Position numbers and translations under genes: made by a program. A stretch of 63,734 nt of DNA, the filler included. It is 7 parts of 7 records of this genome, joined end to end, with 100 filler letters (N's around TTAATTAATTAA, not from the genome) between each part and the next. Parts side by side here need not be neighbours in the genome. Positions count along the whole stretch, not along the records: positions 22,351 to 40,415 come from SRR31156797_18194; 6 more parts are not named here. One strand, 5' to 3'. Below the pieces are notes generated by a model. That model saw only the letters and a list, made by a program, of their open reading frames with translations, searched no databases and had not been told where the DNA came from. Of the stretch, positions 30,302-39,893 are shown piece after piece (position 1 is the stretch's first letter; every line of letters starts with the position of its first letter).

Positions 30302-31249
30302 ATGAAACCCAAAAATGAGTTACATCGATTTATTTTTCATACCCGCGGGGTGTGCCCGCCCGAAATTCATTTTCAACTCAACCATTCAGTACTGGAGGAG
30401 GTCCGGTTTGTGGGCGGGGGATGCCCTGGAAACGCTCAGTTGGTCTCCAGACTCATCAAGGGGCGGACTGTGGATCATATCCTTCCCCTGTTGGAAGGCA
30501 TTGAATGTCGCGAACAAACGTCCTGTGCGGATCAGCTTGCAGATGCCCTGGAATCCGCCCTAAGTGGAACTCTCTTGCCGGCGGATACCGTGCGGTTCAT
30601 GGATGATCAGCCCCCTCGGGGGAGAGTCGGCCTCCTGGGTGTTCTGAATGGGAATCCGGATATTTTAGAAAAAATCATTTCGGGTATGAAATCCCGAAAT
30701 GTAGAGACCGCCTATTGTGTTGGTAATTTTACGGGAAAAATAACGACCGACCCGGATGTTATCCGGTTGCTCCGGCGTGATAAGAAGGTGGTCTGTATTC
30801 TGGGGGAAAGGGACTGGTCATATGCCGATTATCATGAAAGCGGAGTTTCGTCTTTGACGCCCAGAGATCGCGACTGGGTCGCCATGCTTCCGCAGGTCAT
30901 CACATTTCGGTTGGGAAACCGAAACGCGGTCGCATTTTATGGGGATTATCTTCAGAATTTGCCGGGCTTTTCGGATTTCGCGCCATACGCCCTCGAAATC
31001 AATATGGTTTGTGGCCTGACGGATTTCATGCGGGACGAAACGGTTTTCCCCGCACTTGAGGCCATGATCCCGCAATTTCAGGCCGACCTCATTTTGTTCG
31101 GCCAAAGAAGAGATTGGGGGCACTGGTGTATCGGTGAAAAGGACTTTTTAAGTGTGGGGCGCTCTGAAGAGAACGGCAATGCAAAATGGGGAATTCTGGA
31201 AACCGCATCCGATGGTATCCGGTTCGAGATAATTGAAGAGCCCCCATGA
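30302..31249 (+). CDS. TIGR03905/TSCPD-like 4-Cys domain fused to degenerate metallophosphoesterase fold
   Basis: TRGVC...VRFVGGGCPGN...LEGIEC...TSCADQLA; C-terminal part follows the YfcE-like layout but with GVLNGN, GNFTG, GERD, FYG, GQRR at the metal-ligand motifs. Confidence 0.7.
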   Translation: MKPKNELHRFIFHTRGVCPPEIHFQLNHSVLEEVRFVGGGCPGNAQLVSRLIKGRTVDHILPLLEGIECREQTSCADQLADALESALSGTLLPADTVRFMDDQPPRGRVGLLGVLNGNPDILEKIISGMKSRNVETAYCVGNFTGKITTDPDVIRLLRRDKKVVCILGERDWSYADYHESGVSSLTPRDRDWVAMLPQVITFRLGNRNAVAFYGDYLQNLPGFSDFAPYALEINMVCGLTDFMRDETVFPALEAMIPQFQADLILFGQRRDWGHWCIGEKDFLSVGRSEENGNAKWGILETASDGIRFEIIEEPP

Positions 31250-31277
31250 GATTAGAAATAACCATGAGGAGAACCGC

Positions 31278-31562
31278 ATGACAAAGAAGGTGCTCGTGGA
31301 TGTACTCTTGACCGATTTCAACCAGTGAATTGCGTGTGTCTATATGGCGGAATCGGTAAAGGTTTTACCGAAAGAAATCCAAGATATTATAGAGGTTAAT
31401 GAATGGGATATGCGAACCCGTGAAGGTGTGGAACGTTTCAGAGAACTGAAAGCGAAATCCCTCCCGAGTGTCGCACTGGATGGCGATCTCGTCTATGAAT
31501 CCATTATTCCGGGCCAGGAAGAGTTGATTGAAGAACTCCAACGGCGGTACCGGGAAAAATAG
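31278..31562 (+). CDS. Thioredoxin-fold selenoprotein (UxxC), 94 aa; Sec at TGA 31326-31328
   Basis: SD GAGGAG 31266-31271, ATG 31278; MTKKVLVDVLLTDFNQ-TGA-IACVYMAESV... in frame with ORF 31344-31562; cis-Pro segment SLPSVALDGDLVYESIIPG. Confidence 0.88.
31353..31371 (+). promoter_or_regulatory. Candidate bacterial SECIS element 2
   Basis: 8-bp perfect stem TCGGTAAA-GGT-TTTACCGA with a G-rich loop 32 nt downstream of the in-frame UGA. Confidence 0.6.
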
Positions 31563-31574
31563 GGAACAGCCAAT

Positions 31575-32555
31575 ATGCATTTGGAAGAGGTCAATATCGA
31601 GGGGTTTAAATCGTTTTCCGAAACCACAAACATGGGCTTTCAGCCGGGTATAGGGGTGATTATCGGAAACAACGGCGCGGGCAAATCCAACATCCTGGAT
31701 GCCATCGTCTGGGCCATGGGAGAAGATGATATGGCAAGGCTCAGATGCTACGGCCGCGATGAACTGTTTTTCAGCGGCAGCAACGCCTATTCACCCGCCG
31801 ATAGAGTACGGGTAGAGCTGTTGTTCAAAGAAGATTCCACCGACGACAAACCCGTTTTTAAATTATCGAGGGAGATATCCTGTAACGGACGGAGTCGGTT
31901 CCGGATTGATGATAAGCCCTGCAGCAGGATTGATTTTTCAAAAAAGCTGGCGTCACTTCAGCTCGGGCATTCCTTGAAAACCATTATTCGGCAGGAAGAG
32001 ATCAACGATCTCATCCTGCTTTCCCCACAGAAGCGTTTCTCCTCTATCCAGGGTCTCCTTGAAATGGAAACGGGAGCAGAGCTGAGCAAACATATCCGGG
32101 AGAATATCACACCCCTTTTTCAACGTTATATGTCTTATCTCATGCCCCAAGCGGAAGTTCGGATGGAGGTCCTGTCACAAAACGGCAAGCCCGGAATTCA
32201 CATAGGGGTAACCCTGCCGGGGAACAGGATCAGGCGGGCACACCAGCTTTCCGGAGGAGAAAAGGCGATCACCAGTTTAGCGTTCAAACTGGCGGTTTTC
32301 CATATGCTCGACAGCCAGTTTTACCTTCTCGATGAAGTGGAGCCTTCCCTTGATTATACCAATCACAAATCTATGCAGGCGTTTTTGAAAGATGTGGCGG
32401 CTGATAAGCAGCTTATTATGATTACCCACCTGCGCAGTACCATCGAACTGGCAGATACCGTTCATGGGGTCAGAACCCGATTCGATGGATCTTCTTTCAT
32501 GAAATTTTATTTTCTCATGGATGAACGGTTGCTGCGGCTTTATAAATGTTGCTGA
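31575..32555 (+). CDS. Head-only SMC-family ABC ATPase (no long coiled coil or hinge), C-terminal Cys-Cys
   Basis: GFKSF, Walker A GNNGAGKSNILDAI, Q-loop IIRQ, signature LSGGEK, Walker B/D-loop LLDEVEPSLD, ITH; only 326 aa. Confidence 0.85.
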   Translation: MHLEEVNIEGFKSFSETTNMGFQPGIGVIIGNNGAGKSNILDAIVWAMGEDDMARLRCYGRDELFFSGSNAYSPADRVRVELLFKEDSTDDKPVFKLSREISCNGRSRFRIDDKPCSRIDFSKKLASLQLGHSLKTIIRQEEINDLILLSPQKRFSSIQGLLEMETGAELSKHIRENITPLFQRYMSYLMPQAEVRMEVLSQNGKPGIHIGVTLPGNRIRRAHQLSGGEKAITSLAFKLAVFHMLDSQFYLLDEVEPSLDYTNHKSMQAFLKDVAADKQLIMITHLRSTIELADTVHGVRTRFDGSSFMKFYFLMDERLLRLYKCC

Positions 32556-32590
32556 AACCTGGCTCAACAGGCATATAAAAGGGCGAAATA

Positions 32591-33349
32591 ATGATTGATT
32601 TTAAAATGCTGGAAGATGCGTCGGAAAAAACTGAAAAGTCGTTTCAAATGCTGTTGAAAACCTACGAAAAACTTCCCGAGACCATTTGTGGTTGCGACAA
32701 TATCGGTGTCTGTTGTGTGTCCTTGCCTGAAATGACGGTTCTGGAAGCCCTATCGTGGATCGGAACCATTACGGAATTGCCTCCCGGTGAACGGACGGTA
32801 CTTTTGCGAAAATTCGTGTATTTCTATCTGACCAATCCCATCCGCCGCCCCGGTTGCCCCTTTCGCAGGGAAGGATCCTGTACCATCTATTCCCGAAGAC
32901 CGTTTGCATGCAGGGCGTACGGTTTGTGGAGCCGGGAAAACGGAGCGGAACAGACCAATAAAAACCGTGAACTTCAGAAAACCATGCTTGAAATGTGGAA
33001 ACAGTTTGGCGTGACCATCCCGGCGAAATGCCTGGTAACCGAGATGGATTACTGCCGTGAGGTGACAACCCGTGAATCGTCGTCCATATCGGACAACGAT
33101 CTGCTCAAGGTTTTGGAGGAGGTATATCTGCTCAGCACACCCGTGGCCGACCTGCAGCAATCGTTTGAGAACGAGTATCAGTCAGATTTCAGCTTTCTCA
33201 TCACATCCCTGATTTTGGGTCAGAAAAAAGCATTCCTAGGCAAATATGCCGTTGTAAAAGAAATGGTCACCAAAGGATCGGAAACGCGCCTTGACAAATT
33301 TTTGAAAGCAGCGTCTTCGGAGGCATGGCAACTTAATTTCCCCAAATGA
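32591..33349 (+). CDS. YkgJ/CxxCxxCC family cysteine-cluster protein
   Basis: ICGCDNIGVCC, GCPF, CTIYSRRPFACRAYG. Confidence 0.8.
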   Translation: MIDFKMLEDASEKTEKSFQMLLKTYEKLPETICGCDNIGVCCVSLPEMTVLEALSWIGTITELPPGERTVLLRKFVYFYLTNPIRRPGCPFRREGSCTIYSRRPFACRAYGLWSRENGAEQTNKNRELQKTMLEMWKQFGVTIPAKCLVTEMDYCREVTTRESSSISDNDLLKVLEEVYLLSTPVADLQQSFENEYQSDFSFLITSLILGQKKAFLGKYAVVKEMVTKGSETRLDKFLKAASSEAWQLNFPK

Positions 33350-33536
33350 TCTGCCGGTTAACTCCGCTTTTCCTCTTTTCTAATAAACCATCTTAATTTC
33401 CGAAAAAATCAGCCAATGGGTTATGGAAAATCAACCTTTGGACTATATTCAATTAATGATGCTTCCGATAAAAACAGCCATCTACTAACCACCAGTTTGT
33501 TAAAGGCGATAATTTCAAACCACAGAGGAGGGCAGC

Positions 33537-34487
33537 ATGTTTCAGTTAAGCACGGAGCAAAAAGTGTGTGAGATAGGCGGTGTGAAGTTTGGTGGCCAGC
33601 CGGGCGATTACCCTTGTGTATGTGTCAGCTCGATTTTTCAGAAGGGCGACAAGGTTTTTACCGGGAAACGTAAGGAAGGTTTTGATGAAGCGCGGGCCGA
33701 AATGCTTTTGAAAACCCAGGACAAGTATACGGAAGATTGCGGTGTCCCCGGGATGGCGGATATCGTCGCCAATACCGGCAAGGAGTTTCAATCTTTTATT
33801 GATTTTGTCGTGGAAAAAAGCGACATGCCCTTTTGTATCGACGCCTGGGTTATGAAACCCAAACTGGAAGGCGCGGCTTATTGTGCCGAAAAAGGTCTGC
33901 TGGACCGGATGTTCTACAACAGCCTGACCGTCTGGGAAGCGGATCTGGAAACCGAGATTAAGGAAATTGCCGATATCGGCGTTAAGCATGTGCTTCTGGT
34001 GTCCTTTGACCAGGAAGACCAGATGCCTTCCGGACGTGTGACCGGCACACAGAAACTTCTGGATGCCATTGAGAAAGTAGGCGCCGAATTCGAGAGCATC
34101 TTTGTGGACAGTTCCGTCATGAATGGCCCGGCTACGGCCTTTTGCGGCGTTGCCAACAAGATGATCAAGGAAAAATGGGGATTTCCCACCGCGAGCGCAC
34201 CCAGCAACGGAAGCTACATGGATTTGAAACGCTTTAAGGAGATGTGGGATTTCAAAGGATGGTCTTCCACGGATGCTGCTTTGGAAGCGCTTTCCGCCTT
34301 CAATTATCACGACATGATCTTTTCCGGTCCCATGGCCGGCGCAACACGTATCCTGCCCGCAGTGGCTGAGGCTGAGGCATTTCTGGCAACCATGGTATTC
34401 GCCGAGACCAAAAAGCTGCCTGTTTGTGAAACGCATCCTTTGTACAAGCTCTTCCCGGATTTCGTGGAGCAACTGAAGGGAATGTAG
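33537..34487 (+). CDS. MtrH/MtgA-like methylcorrinoid:tetrahydrofolate(pterin) methyltransferase
   Basis: MF...EQKV.EIGGVKFGGQPG.YP...SIF..GDK; PFCID; YNS; KEKWGFPT.SAP.N; SD GAGGAGG. Confidence 0.85.
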   Translation: MFQLSTEQKVCEIGGVKFGGQPGDYPCVCVSSIFQKGDKVFTGKRKEGFDEARAEMLLKTQDKYTEDCGVPGMADIVANTGKEFQSFIDFVVEKSDMPFCIDAWVMKPKLEGAAYCAEKGLLDRMFYNSLTVWEADLETEIKEIADIGVKHVLLVSFDQEDQMPSGRVTGTQKLLDAIEKVGAEFESIFVDSSVMNGPATAFCGVANKMIKEKWGFPTASAPSNGSYMDLKRFKEMWDFKGWSSTDAALEALSAFNYHDMIFSGPMAGATRILPAVAEAEAFLATMVFAETKKLPVCETHPLYKLFPDFVEQLKGM

Positions 34488-34578
34488 TCATCAGGCATCA
34501 TCAAAAAGGCAAGTGAAAAGCCAGGAAACAGATGAAGATAAGGAACCAAACAACAAAAATTTCGAAAGGAGCTCAAGG

Positions 34579-35631
34579 ATGGCGGAACTTACACCCAAAG
34601 AACGCGTGATGCGTTTGCTCAGAAAAGAACCCATTGACATCATGCCGTTTTTCAGTGGTATGGGGATGGTGGTCATGCCGGGGATCAAAGAGGCGGGTTT
34701 CAACTTCCCCACGATTCATACCAGTGCGGAAAGAATGGCCTGGTCGGCAATCCATTCGGCAAGGCTGATGAATTTTGACTGCGTGGTGATTCCCTATGAC
34801 ATGACCATGGAGTCCGAGGCCATGGGTAACACCATCAGTCTGTACGAAGAATCCGAGGATATTCTCTATCCCACGATTCCCAACAAAATGTGGTCTACCC
34901 TGGACGAAGTGGTTGTCCCGGACGATATTCTGGAGCGGGGTCGTCTTCCGATCCTCAAGGATGCCATCAAGATTATCAAAGAGGAAGCTCCTGATCTTCC
35001 CATCGGATGCTGGCAGCTCGGTCCTTTTACCCAGTCCGGTCAGATTCTGGAACTTGACCTGATGTTGAAAGGCGTTTTCAAACAGAAGGAAAAAGTAGGA
35101 GAAGTTCTTGACCTCATGACCGATATGATCATCAAGATCGGTAATTATCTCCAGGAAAGCGGATGTGATTATATCGTCTTGAGGGAGCCCGGTGTTGCGG
35201 CGGATCTCCTGAGCCCCAGAACCTTCAAGGAATTCATTCAACCCAGGCTGACGAAGATTTTGAATGCCTGGGAATCCCCCAAACTGCTCCACATCTGCGG
35301 TCAAACGGAACCGCTGCTCCCCATGATGGCGCAATGTGGCGCCGACGGTATTACCGTTGACATCAAGTGTGATGTGAGGAAGGGTCGTGAGATATTGGGC
35401 CCGGATGTCCTCTTTATGGGCAACATTGACACCTATACCATGACCTGCGATCCAAAAACACCGGTACAAGCGTCCATCGACCATATCAAAGATATGATCG
35501 ACGGCGGTGTCGATGCCGTCATGCCCGGCTGCGATCTCTGGCCGGACATTAAGGAAGAGAATATGAAAGCCTGTGTGGATACATGCCACGAGTATGGTAC
35601 TAAGCCCAGCCCGGCGGTGGGTCGCCTTTAG
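34579..35631 (+). CDS. MtaA/CmuA (UroD-fold) zinc methyltransferase
   Basis: MAELTPKER, LGPFT, Zn-ligand pattern LLHICG ... MPGCDL; ATG 34579 behind AAGGAG (ORF track starts at 34513). Confidence 0.85.
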   Translation: MAELTPKERVMRLLRKEPIDIMPFFSGMGMVVMPGIKEAGFNFPTIHTSAERMAWSAIHSARLMNFDCVVIPYDMTMESEAMGNTISLYEESEDILYPTIPNKMWSTLDEVVVPDDILERGRLPILKDAIKIIKEEAPDLPIGCWQLGPFTQSGQILELDLMLKGVFKQKEKVGEVLDLMTDMIIKIGNYLQESGCDYIVLREPGVAADLLSPRTFKEFIQPRLTKILNAWESPKLLHICGQTEPLLPMMAQCGADGITVDIKCDVRKGREILGPDVLFMGNIDTYTMTCDPKTPVQASIDHIKDMIDGGVDAVMPGCDLWPDIKEENMKACVDTCHEYGTKPSPAVGRL

Positions 35632-35696
35632 GGATAAGTCGTAACGGTAGCAGTTTTATTTTTAAATGAAGTTACTTTGAAAAGGAGAGAAAAAAC

Positions 35697-36365
35697 ATGG
35701 CAACACAAGAAGAACTGTTAGAAAAATTGAAAGAAGGCGTTATCGAGTATGAAGATGATACGGTCAAAGAGGCTTCACAGCAGTGGCTTGATGAGGGATA
35801 TGTAGCCCTGGACGGTATTATGGACGGCCTGGCCGCCGGTATGGAAGTTGTTGGCGATCTCTATGACAAAAATGAGTATTTCGTGCCTGAAGTTCTGATG
35901 TGTGCCGATGCCCTGTATGGCGGCCTTGATATCCTGCGTCCGCACGTACCTAAAGATTCAGAAGGCGTCAATGCACAGGTGGTTATCGGAAGTATTCAGG
36001 GCGATGTCCATGATATCGGTAAAAACCTTGTGAAGATGATGTTTGACGTTGCCGGTTGGGAAGTGCATGACCTGGGTCGTGACGTACCGCTGGAAAACTT
36101 CGTGGAAAAACAGCTTAAGACCGATTCCGAAGTGGTGGCCATGTCTGCCATGATGACCACGACCATGCTGGGAATGAAAAAGGTTATCAACATGATCAAG
36201 GAGAAGAATCCCGATGTGGCGATCATGCTGGGCGGCGCACCCGTAACCAAGGACGTGGCCAACCTTTTCGGCGCTGACGGTTACGCTGAATCCGCTGGTA
36301 ACGCCGTATCCGAAGGTATCAAAATGATCGGTCGTCTGCGTGAAATGCGGGCCAAAGAAAAATAA
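35697..36365 (+). CDS. Methyltransferase cognate corrinoid protein
   Basis: GLAAGM..VG.LY...EYFVPE cap domain; GDVHDIGKN (DxHxxG); SAMMTTT; MLGGAP. Confidence 0.93.
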   Translation: MATQEELLEKLKEGVIEYEDDTVKEASQQWLDEGYVALDGIMDGLAAGMEVVGDLYDKNEYFVPEVLMCADALYGGLDILRPHVPKDSEGVNAQVVIGSIQGDVHDIGKNLVKMMFDVAGWEVHDLGRDVPLENFVEKQLKTDSEVVAMSAMMTTTMLGMKKVINMIKEKNPDVAIMLGGAPVTKDVANLFGADGYAESAGNAVSEGIKMIGRLREMRAKEK

Positions 36366-36409
36366 TAGAGGGAAAATCAAGGGAAACTTTTCCTTAGAAA
36401 ACTTAATCC

Positions 36410-36446
36410 CCCCCTATCAGAAGCTTTTATGGCTTCTGATAGAGGG
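36410..36446 (+). terminator. Hairpin after the corrinoid protein gene
   Basis: CTATCAGAAGC-TTTTATG-GCTTCTGATAG perfect 11-bp stem. Confidence 0.55.
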
Positions 36447-36752
36447 TGTTTCGAATCAGAAAATGTTTTTAACAAATAACGGTATCTCAAAATAGAGACC
36501 TAACGATTACGCCGTCTGACTGTTTTATATTATGAGTGTATTCGAGGCACGATGATACCTCGGGTTCGCTAGGATTTATCCCATTTAGACTGAGGTCTGC
36601 TGTAAGAAAGCTAATTTTTGTTGCTTTTCATTAGGGCTGGATTGCTAACTTTTATTTCCGAGAAAAAACGGAACCACCCGGCGGCCGCTATTTATTGACT
36701 GGCATATTCGTGTAGATCGCATCATAATTTTATTTGAGGAGGATTATATCGC

Positions 36753-38807
36753 ATGAGTGACGAAAAGGTCATGGTCATTTTTCAGCCTTCGGGACGAAGA
36801 GGTGAAGTTCCTAAAGGCGTTAATATTATTGAGGCTTCTCGGCTTCTGGGTGTTGATATCGAGGCGCTTTGCGGAGAGAAGAAAGTTTGCGGAAAATGCA
36901 TTGTGCGGGTTGAGGAAGGCCGTTTTGAAAAATATGGCATCACCTCCAGCATGGACCATTGTTCCCCGTGGGCCGTAGAAGAAGAAAAATTCATCAATCA
37001 GGAACGCCAAGAGAAGGGTTTTCGTCTGGGTTGTGTGGCCACCATTGAAGACGACGTCCTGGTGTTTGTTCCGGAAGAATCGAGAGCCGGAAAACAGGTG
37101 GTCAGCAAGGCGGCCCGCGATATCGATATTGAATTCAATCCGGCTATTAAGCTCTACACCGTGCAGGTTGACAAACCCACATTTGAAGACCCCACCGGCG
37201 ATTTTGAAAGGGTCTGCAATGCATTGGAGCAGAACTATGCGCTCACGGATCTGACCATTGATATCGAAACCCTGCGTGAGCTTCCCGACGCCCTTCGTAA
37301 CGGAAAATGGGAGTGTACGGTGAGTGTCTGGAACGATAAGGAAATCATTCGGGTCCGCTCCGGTAAGGTGGAGCACGCCTACGGCATGGCCATTGATGTG
37401 GGGACCACCACGGTAGCGGGATATTTTTGTGATCTCACCACCATGGAAGTTATCGACACCGTATCCATGATGAACCCCCAGTGTAAATACGGTGAAGACG
37501 TCATGGCAAGGATTACCTATCACATGATGACAGAAGGCGGGTTGAAGCGCATGAGCGACGACATCATCGAGGGTCTGAATGAACTCCTCGCAAAAGCCAT
37601 CAAACAGACCTTCCCGCCCATGAAGAAGAAAAAAGGGAAAAAGGGCGAAAAAGCCGAGATGGTGGAAGTCCCGGAAGAGGGCAAGACATATCTCCGCCTT
37701 AAAATGGAAGATATCGAAGACATTACCATCGGTTTTAATACGGCCATGCACCATATCCTTCTCGGGCTTAACCCCGAGTATGTGGGCCTCGCGCCTTTCC
37801 CACCGGTCATTCACCACAGTATGAATATCAGGGCCAGGGATCTGGGTGTTAAGATCAACCCGTCTTCATACATGTTCGTCCTTCCCAACGAGGCCGGATT
37901 TGTGGGCGCTGACAACGTTGGCGTGCTCATTGCTGAAGCCCCCTACAAGGGCGAAGAAAATCAGTTAATCATCGATATCGGTACCAACGGCGAGCTGGTG
38001 TTGGGTAACCGCCACAAACTGATATCTTCCTCTTGCGCCACCGGTCCCGCCCTTGAGGGCGCCCAGTTGGCTTACGGCATGCGTGCGGCGCCAGGCGCCA
38101 TCGAGCGCATCACCATTGACCCCGATACCAAGGAAGTGGATTACAAGGTTATCGGTCGGGATGCCTTTAGGAAATTTTCCGATCCCAAGGAGATGGGTGT
38201 TAAAGGGATTTGCGGTTCCGGTATTCTGGATGTGCTGGCCGAACTCTACAGTTCCGGTGTCATCACCAAAACCGGCGCTTTCGCCAAAAAGAAACTGAAG
38301 GACCATCCACGTTTCCGCAAGAACGCTGATACGAAACAGCCTGAATTTGTTCTGGCCTGGGCTGAGGAATCGAGCATCGACCAGGATATCGTGATCACCC
38401 AGAAGGATGTCCGACAGATCCAGCTTGCCAAGGGCGCGCTCTATGCCGGGTGTAAACTGATGGTCAAACGGATGGGTCTTGACAAGGTGGATACGGTGAA
38501 GATTGCCGGTGCCTTCGGAACCCATGTGGATCGCGAAAAGGCTCTGACCATGGGTCTGTTCCCCGACTGCGAAATCGAGATGATCAAGGGGATTGGTAAC
38601 GCGGCTGGTGATGGTTGCCGCGCAGCACTTCTGAATACCAAAAAACGGACTGAAGCGGACTGGTGTTCAAGAAACGTGGAATATGTTGAACTGACCGTTG
38701 AACCTACCTTTGAGCAGGACTTTATGGAAGCAATGCAGCTTCCCCATATGACGGATAAATTCCCCCATCTGGAAGGGATTGTCCGTGACGAGATCTTAAA
38801 CCAGTAA
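36753..38807 (+). CDS. ASKHA/DUF4445 reductive activator of corrinoid enzymes (RACE) with N-terminal 2Fe-2S domain
   Basis: CGEKKVCGKC...RLGC; AIDVGTTT; NPQ..YGEDVMARI; GFVGAD; IDIGTNGE; GICGSG; QLAKGA; AGAFG; GNAAG.G. Confidence 0.92.
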   Translation: MSDEKVMVIFQPSGRRGEVPKGVNIIEASRLLGVDIEALCGEKKVCGKCIVRVEEGRFEKYGITSSMDHCSPWAVEEEKFINQERQEKGFRLGCVATIEDDVLVFVPEESRAGKQVVSKAARDIDIEFNPAIKLYTVQVDKPTFEDPTGDFERVCNALEQNYALTDLTIDIETLRELPDALRNGKWECTVSVWNDKEIIRVRSGKVEHAYGMAIDVGTTTVAGYFCDLTTMEVIDTVSMMNPQCKYGEDVMARITYHMMTEGGLKRMSDDIIEGLNELLAKAIKQTFPPMKKKKGKKGEKAEMVEVPEEGKTYLRLKMEDIEDITIGFNTAMHHILLGLNPEYVGLAPFPPVIHHSMNIRARDLGVKINPSSYMFVLPNEAGFVGADNVGVLIAEAPYKGEENQLIIDIGTNGELVLGNRHKLISSSCATGPALEGAQLAYGMRAAPGAIERITIDPDTKEVDYKVIGRDAFRKFSDPKEMGVKGICGSGILDVLAELYSSGVITKTGAFAKKKLKDHPRFRKNADTKQPEFVLAWAEESSIDQDIVITQKDVRQIQLAKGALYAGCKLMVKRMGLDKVDTVKIAGAFGTHVDREKALTMGLFPDCEIEMIKGIGNAAGDGCRAALLNTKKRTEADWCSRNVEYVELTVEPTFEQDFMEAMQLPHMTDKFPHLEGIVRDEILNQ

Positions 38808-38830
38808 CGGGTGAGAATTTGAATCAAACC

Positions 38831-39154
38831 ATGAATGACGCATGTATTACCGTGGATCCCGGAGTGTGTGGTTTTACATGCGTCATCCGGGCGCGGCAAA
38901 CGGAAAAGAGATCGGTTGCCATTGAAATCGTAGGTTCTGAGTGCAAACAGATTAAGCGATTTGCCGGCCGTCTCGAAACCGTTTCTTTACGGGAATTGTT
39001 CATGCCTTTGACCAGCAACCCGGTCTACAAGGCAGCTCAGGCATCGGGTTGCCATGCCTCATGCGCAATCCCTTCCGCGGTCTTGAAGGCCGCGGAGGTT
39101 GCCATGGGCATGGCCGTTGCCCGTCCGGTTAGTTTCGATTTTGATTGTGAATAG
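38831..39154 (+). CDS. DUF6951-like small Cys-rich protein
   Basis: VDPGVCGF, SEC..I, CHASC.IP..VLKA.EV..G. Confidence 0.65.
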   Translation: MNDACITVDPGVCGFTCVIRARQTEKRSVAIEIVGSECKQIKRFAGRLETVSLRELFMPLTSNPVYKAAQASGCHASCAIPSAVLKAAEVAMGMAVARPVSFDFDCE

Positions 39155-39166
39155 GGGAGGGGTTAA

Positions 39167-39763
39167 ATGCATGTTCCGAAAGTAGTACCCTTCAGGAATG
39201 AAGCGGGCATCTCTCAGACGTTTTTGAGAAGTTTGGAGGAAAACGGAAAAAAATACGGATTAACCTCTATTCTCCCCTTTTCCACTGAAAAGATCAATGT
39301 TGCCGAATGGGTTCATCTTAAGTGCCGTTACGGCTGTCACAATTACAATACCAACTGGTGCTGTCCGCCGGCCACACCGAAACCCGATAAGGTGCGGTCT
39401 ATTCTGGCCGAATATAAAAGAGCACTATTGCTTGAGGGCAGCAAAAGCTGTAAGGATTTTTACCTGAACAATGGCCGAAAAAGAGCGGGGCAGGTACGGT
39501 GCTGGAAAGGAACTTTGAGCATTGAGCGCATGCTGTTCCTTGAAGGTTATTATAAAACCTTCAGCCTTGTGGGAGAGTGCTGCGCATTGTGTAAAGAATG
39601 TGCATTCCCTGAAAGTTGCCGGTTCCCCATGGAAAAACGACCTTCAGTGGAATCATTTTCCATTGATGTCATCGGGACCTTGAAAAATCTGGGCACATCG
39701 CCAACCGTAGCAACCGATAAATCGGGTACTTACAATTACTACGGTATTATTCTTCTTGAATGA
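39167..39763 (+). CDS. DUF2284 family metal-binding protein
   Basis: KCRYGC..Y..NWCCPP; C..C..C...C.FP...RPSVE...IDV. Confidence 0.85.
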   Translation: MHVPKVVPFRNEAGISQTFLRSLEENGKKYGLTSILPFSTEKINVAEWVHLKCRYGCHNYNTNWCCPPATPKPDKVRSILAEYKRALLLEGSKSCKDFYLNNGRKRAGQVRCWKGTLSIERMLFLEGYYKTFSLVGECCALCKECAFPESCRFPMEKRPSVESFSIDVIGTLKNLGTSPTVATDKSGTYNYYGIILLE

Positions 39764-39893
39764 TAAATGTGTTACACCATTCCCTCCCAAATAAAGTTTT
39801 TTCTTTTATTTTAAATATTCGATAATTTATTTATTCAAATTCATTATTTTGCTTGACTTGATAATGAATGTTCCTTTAACATATTTTCTTGAA

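Noticed and set aside
31575-32555. Anti-phage ABC ATPase (Gabija/PARIS/Lamassu/Wadjet type)
   Set aside because: No adjacent nuclease, helicase or kleisin partner; the sequence tracks the SMC head and the context is metabolic. Not formally excluded without HMMs.
33546-37817. Long minus-strand ORFs (308, 338 and 357 aa)
   Set aside because: Codon-bias shadows of the MtrH-like, MtaA-like and ASKHA genes.
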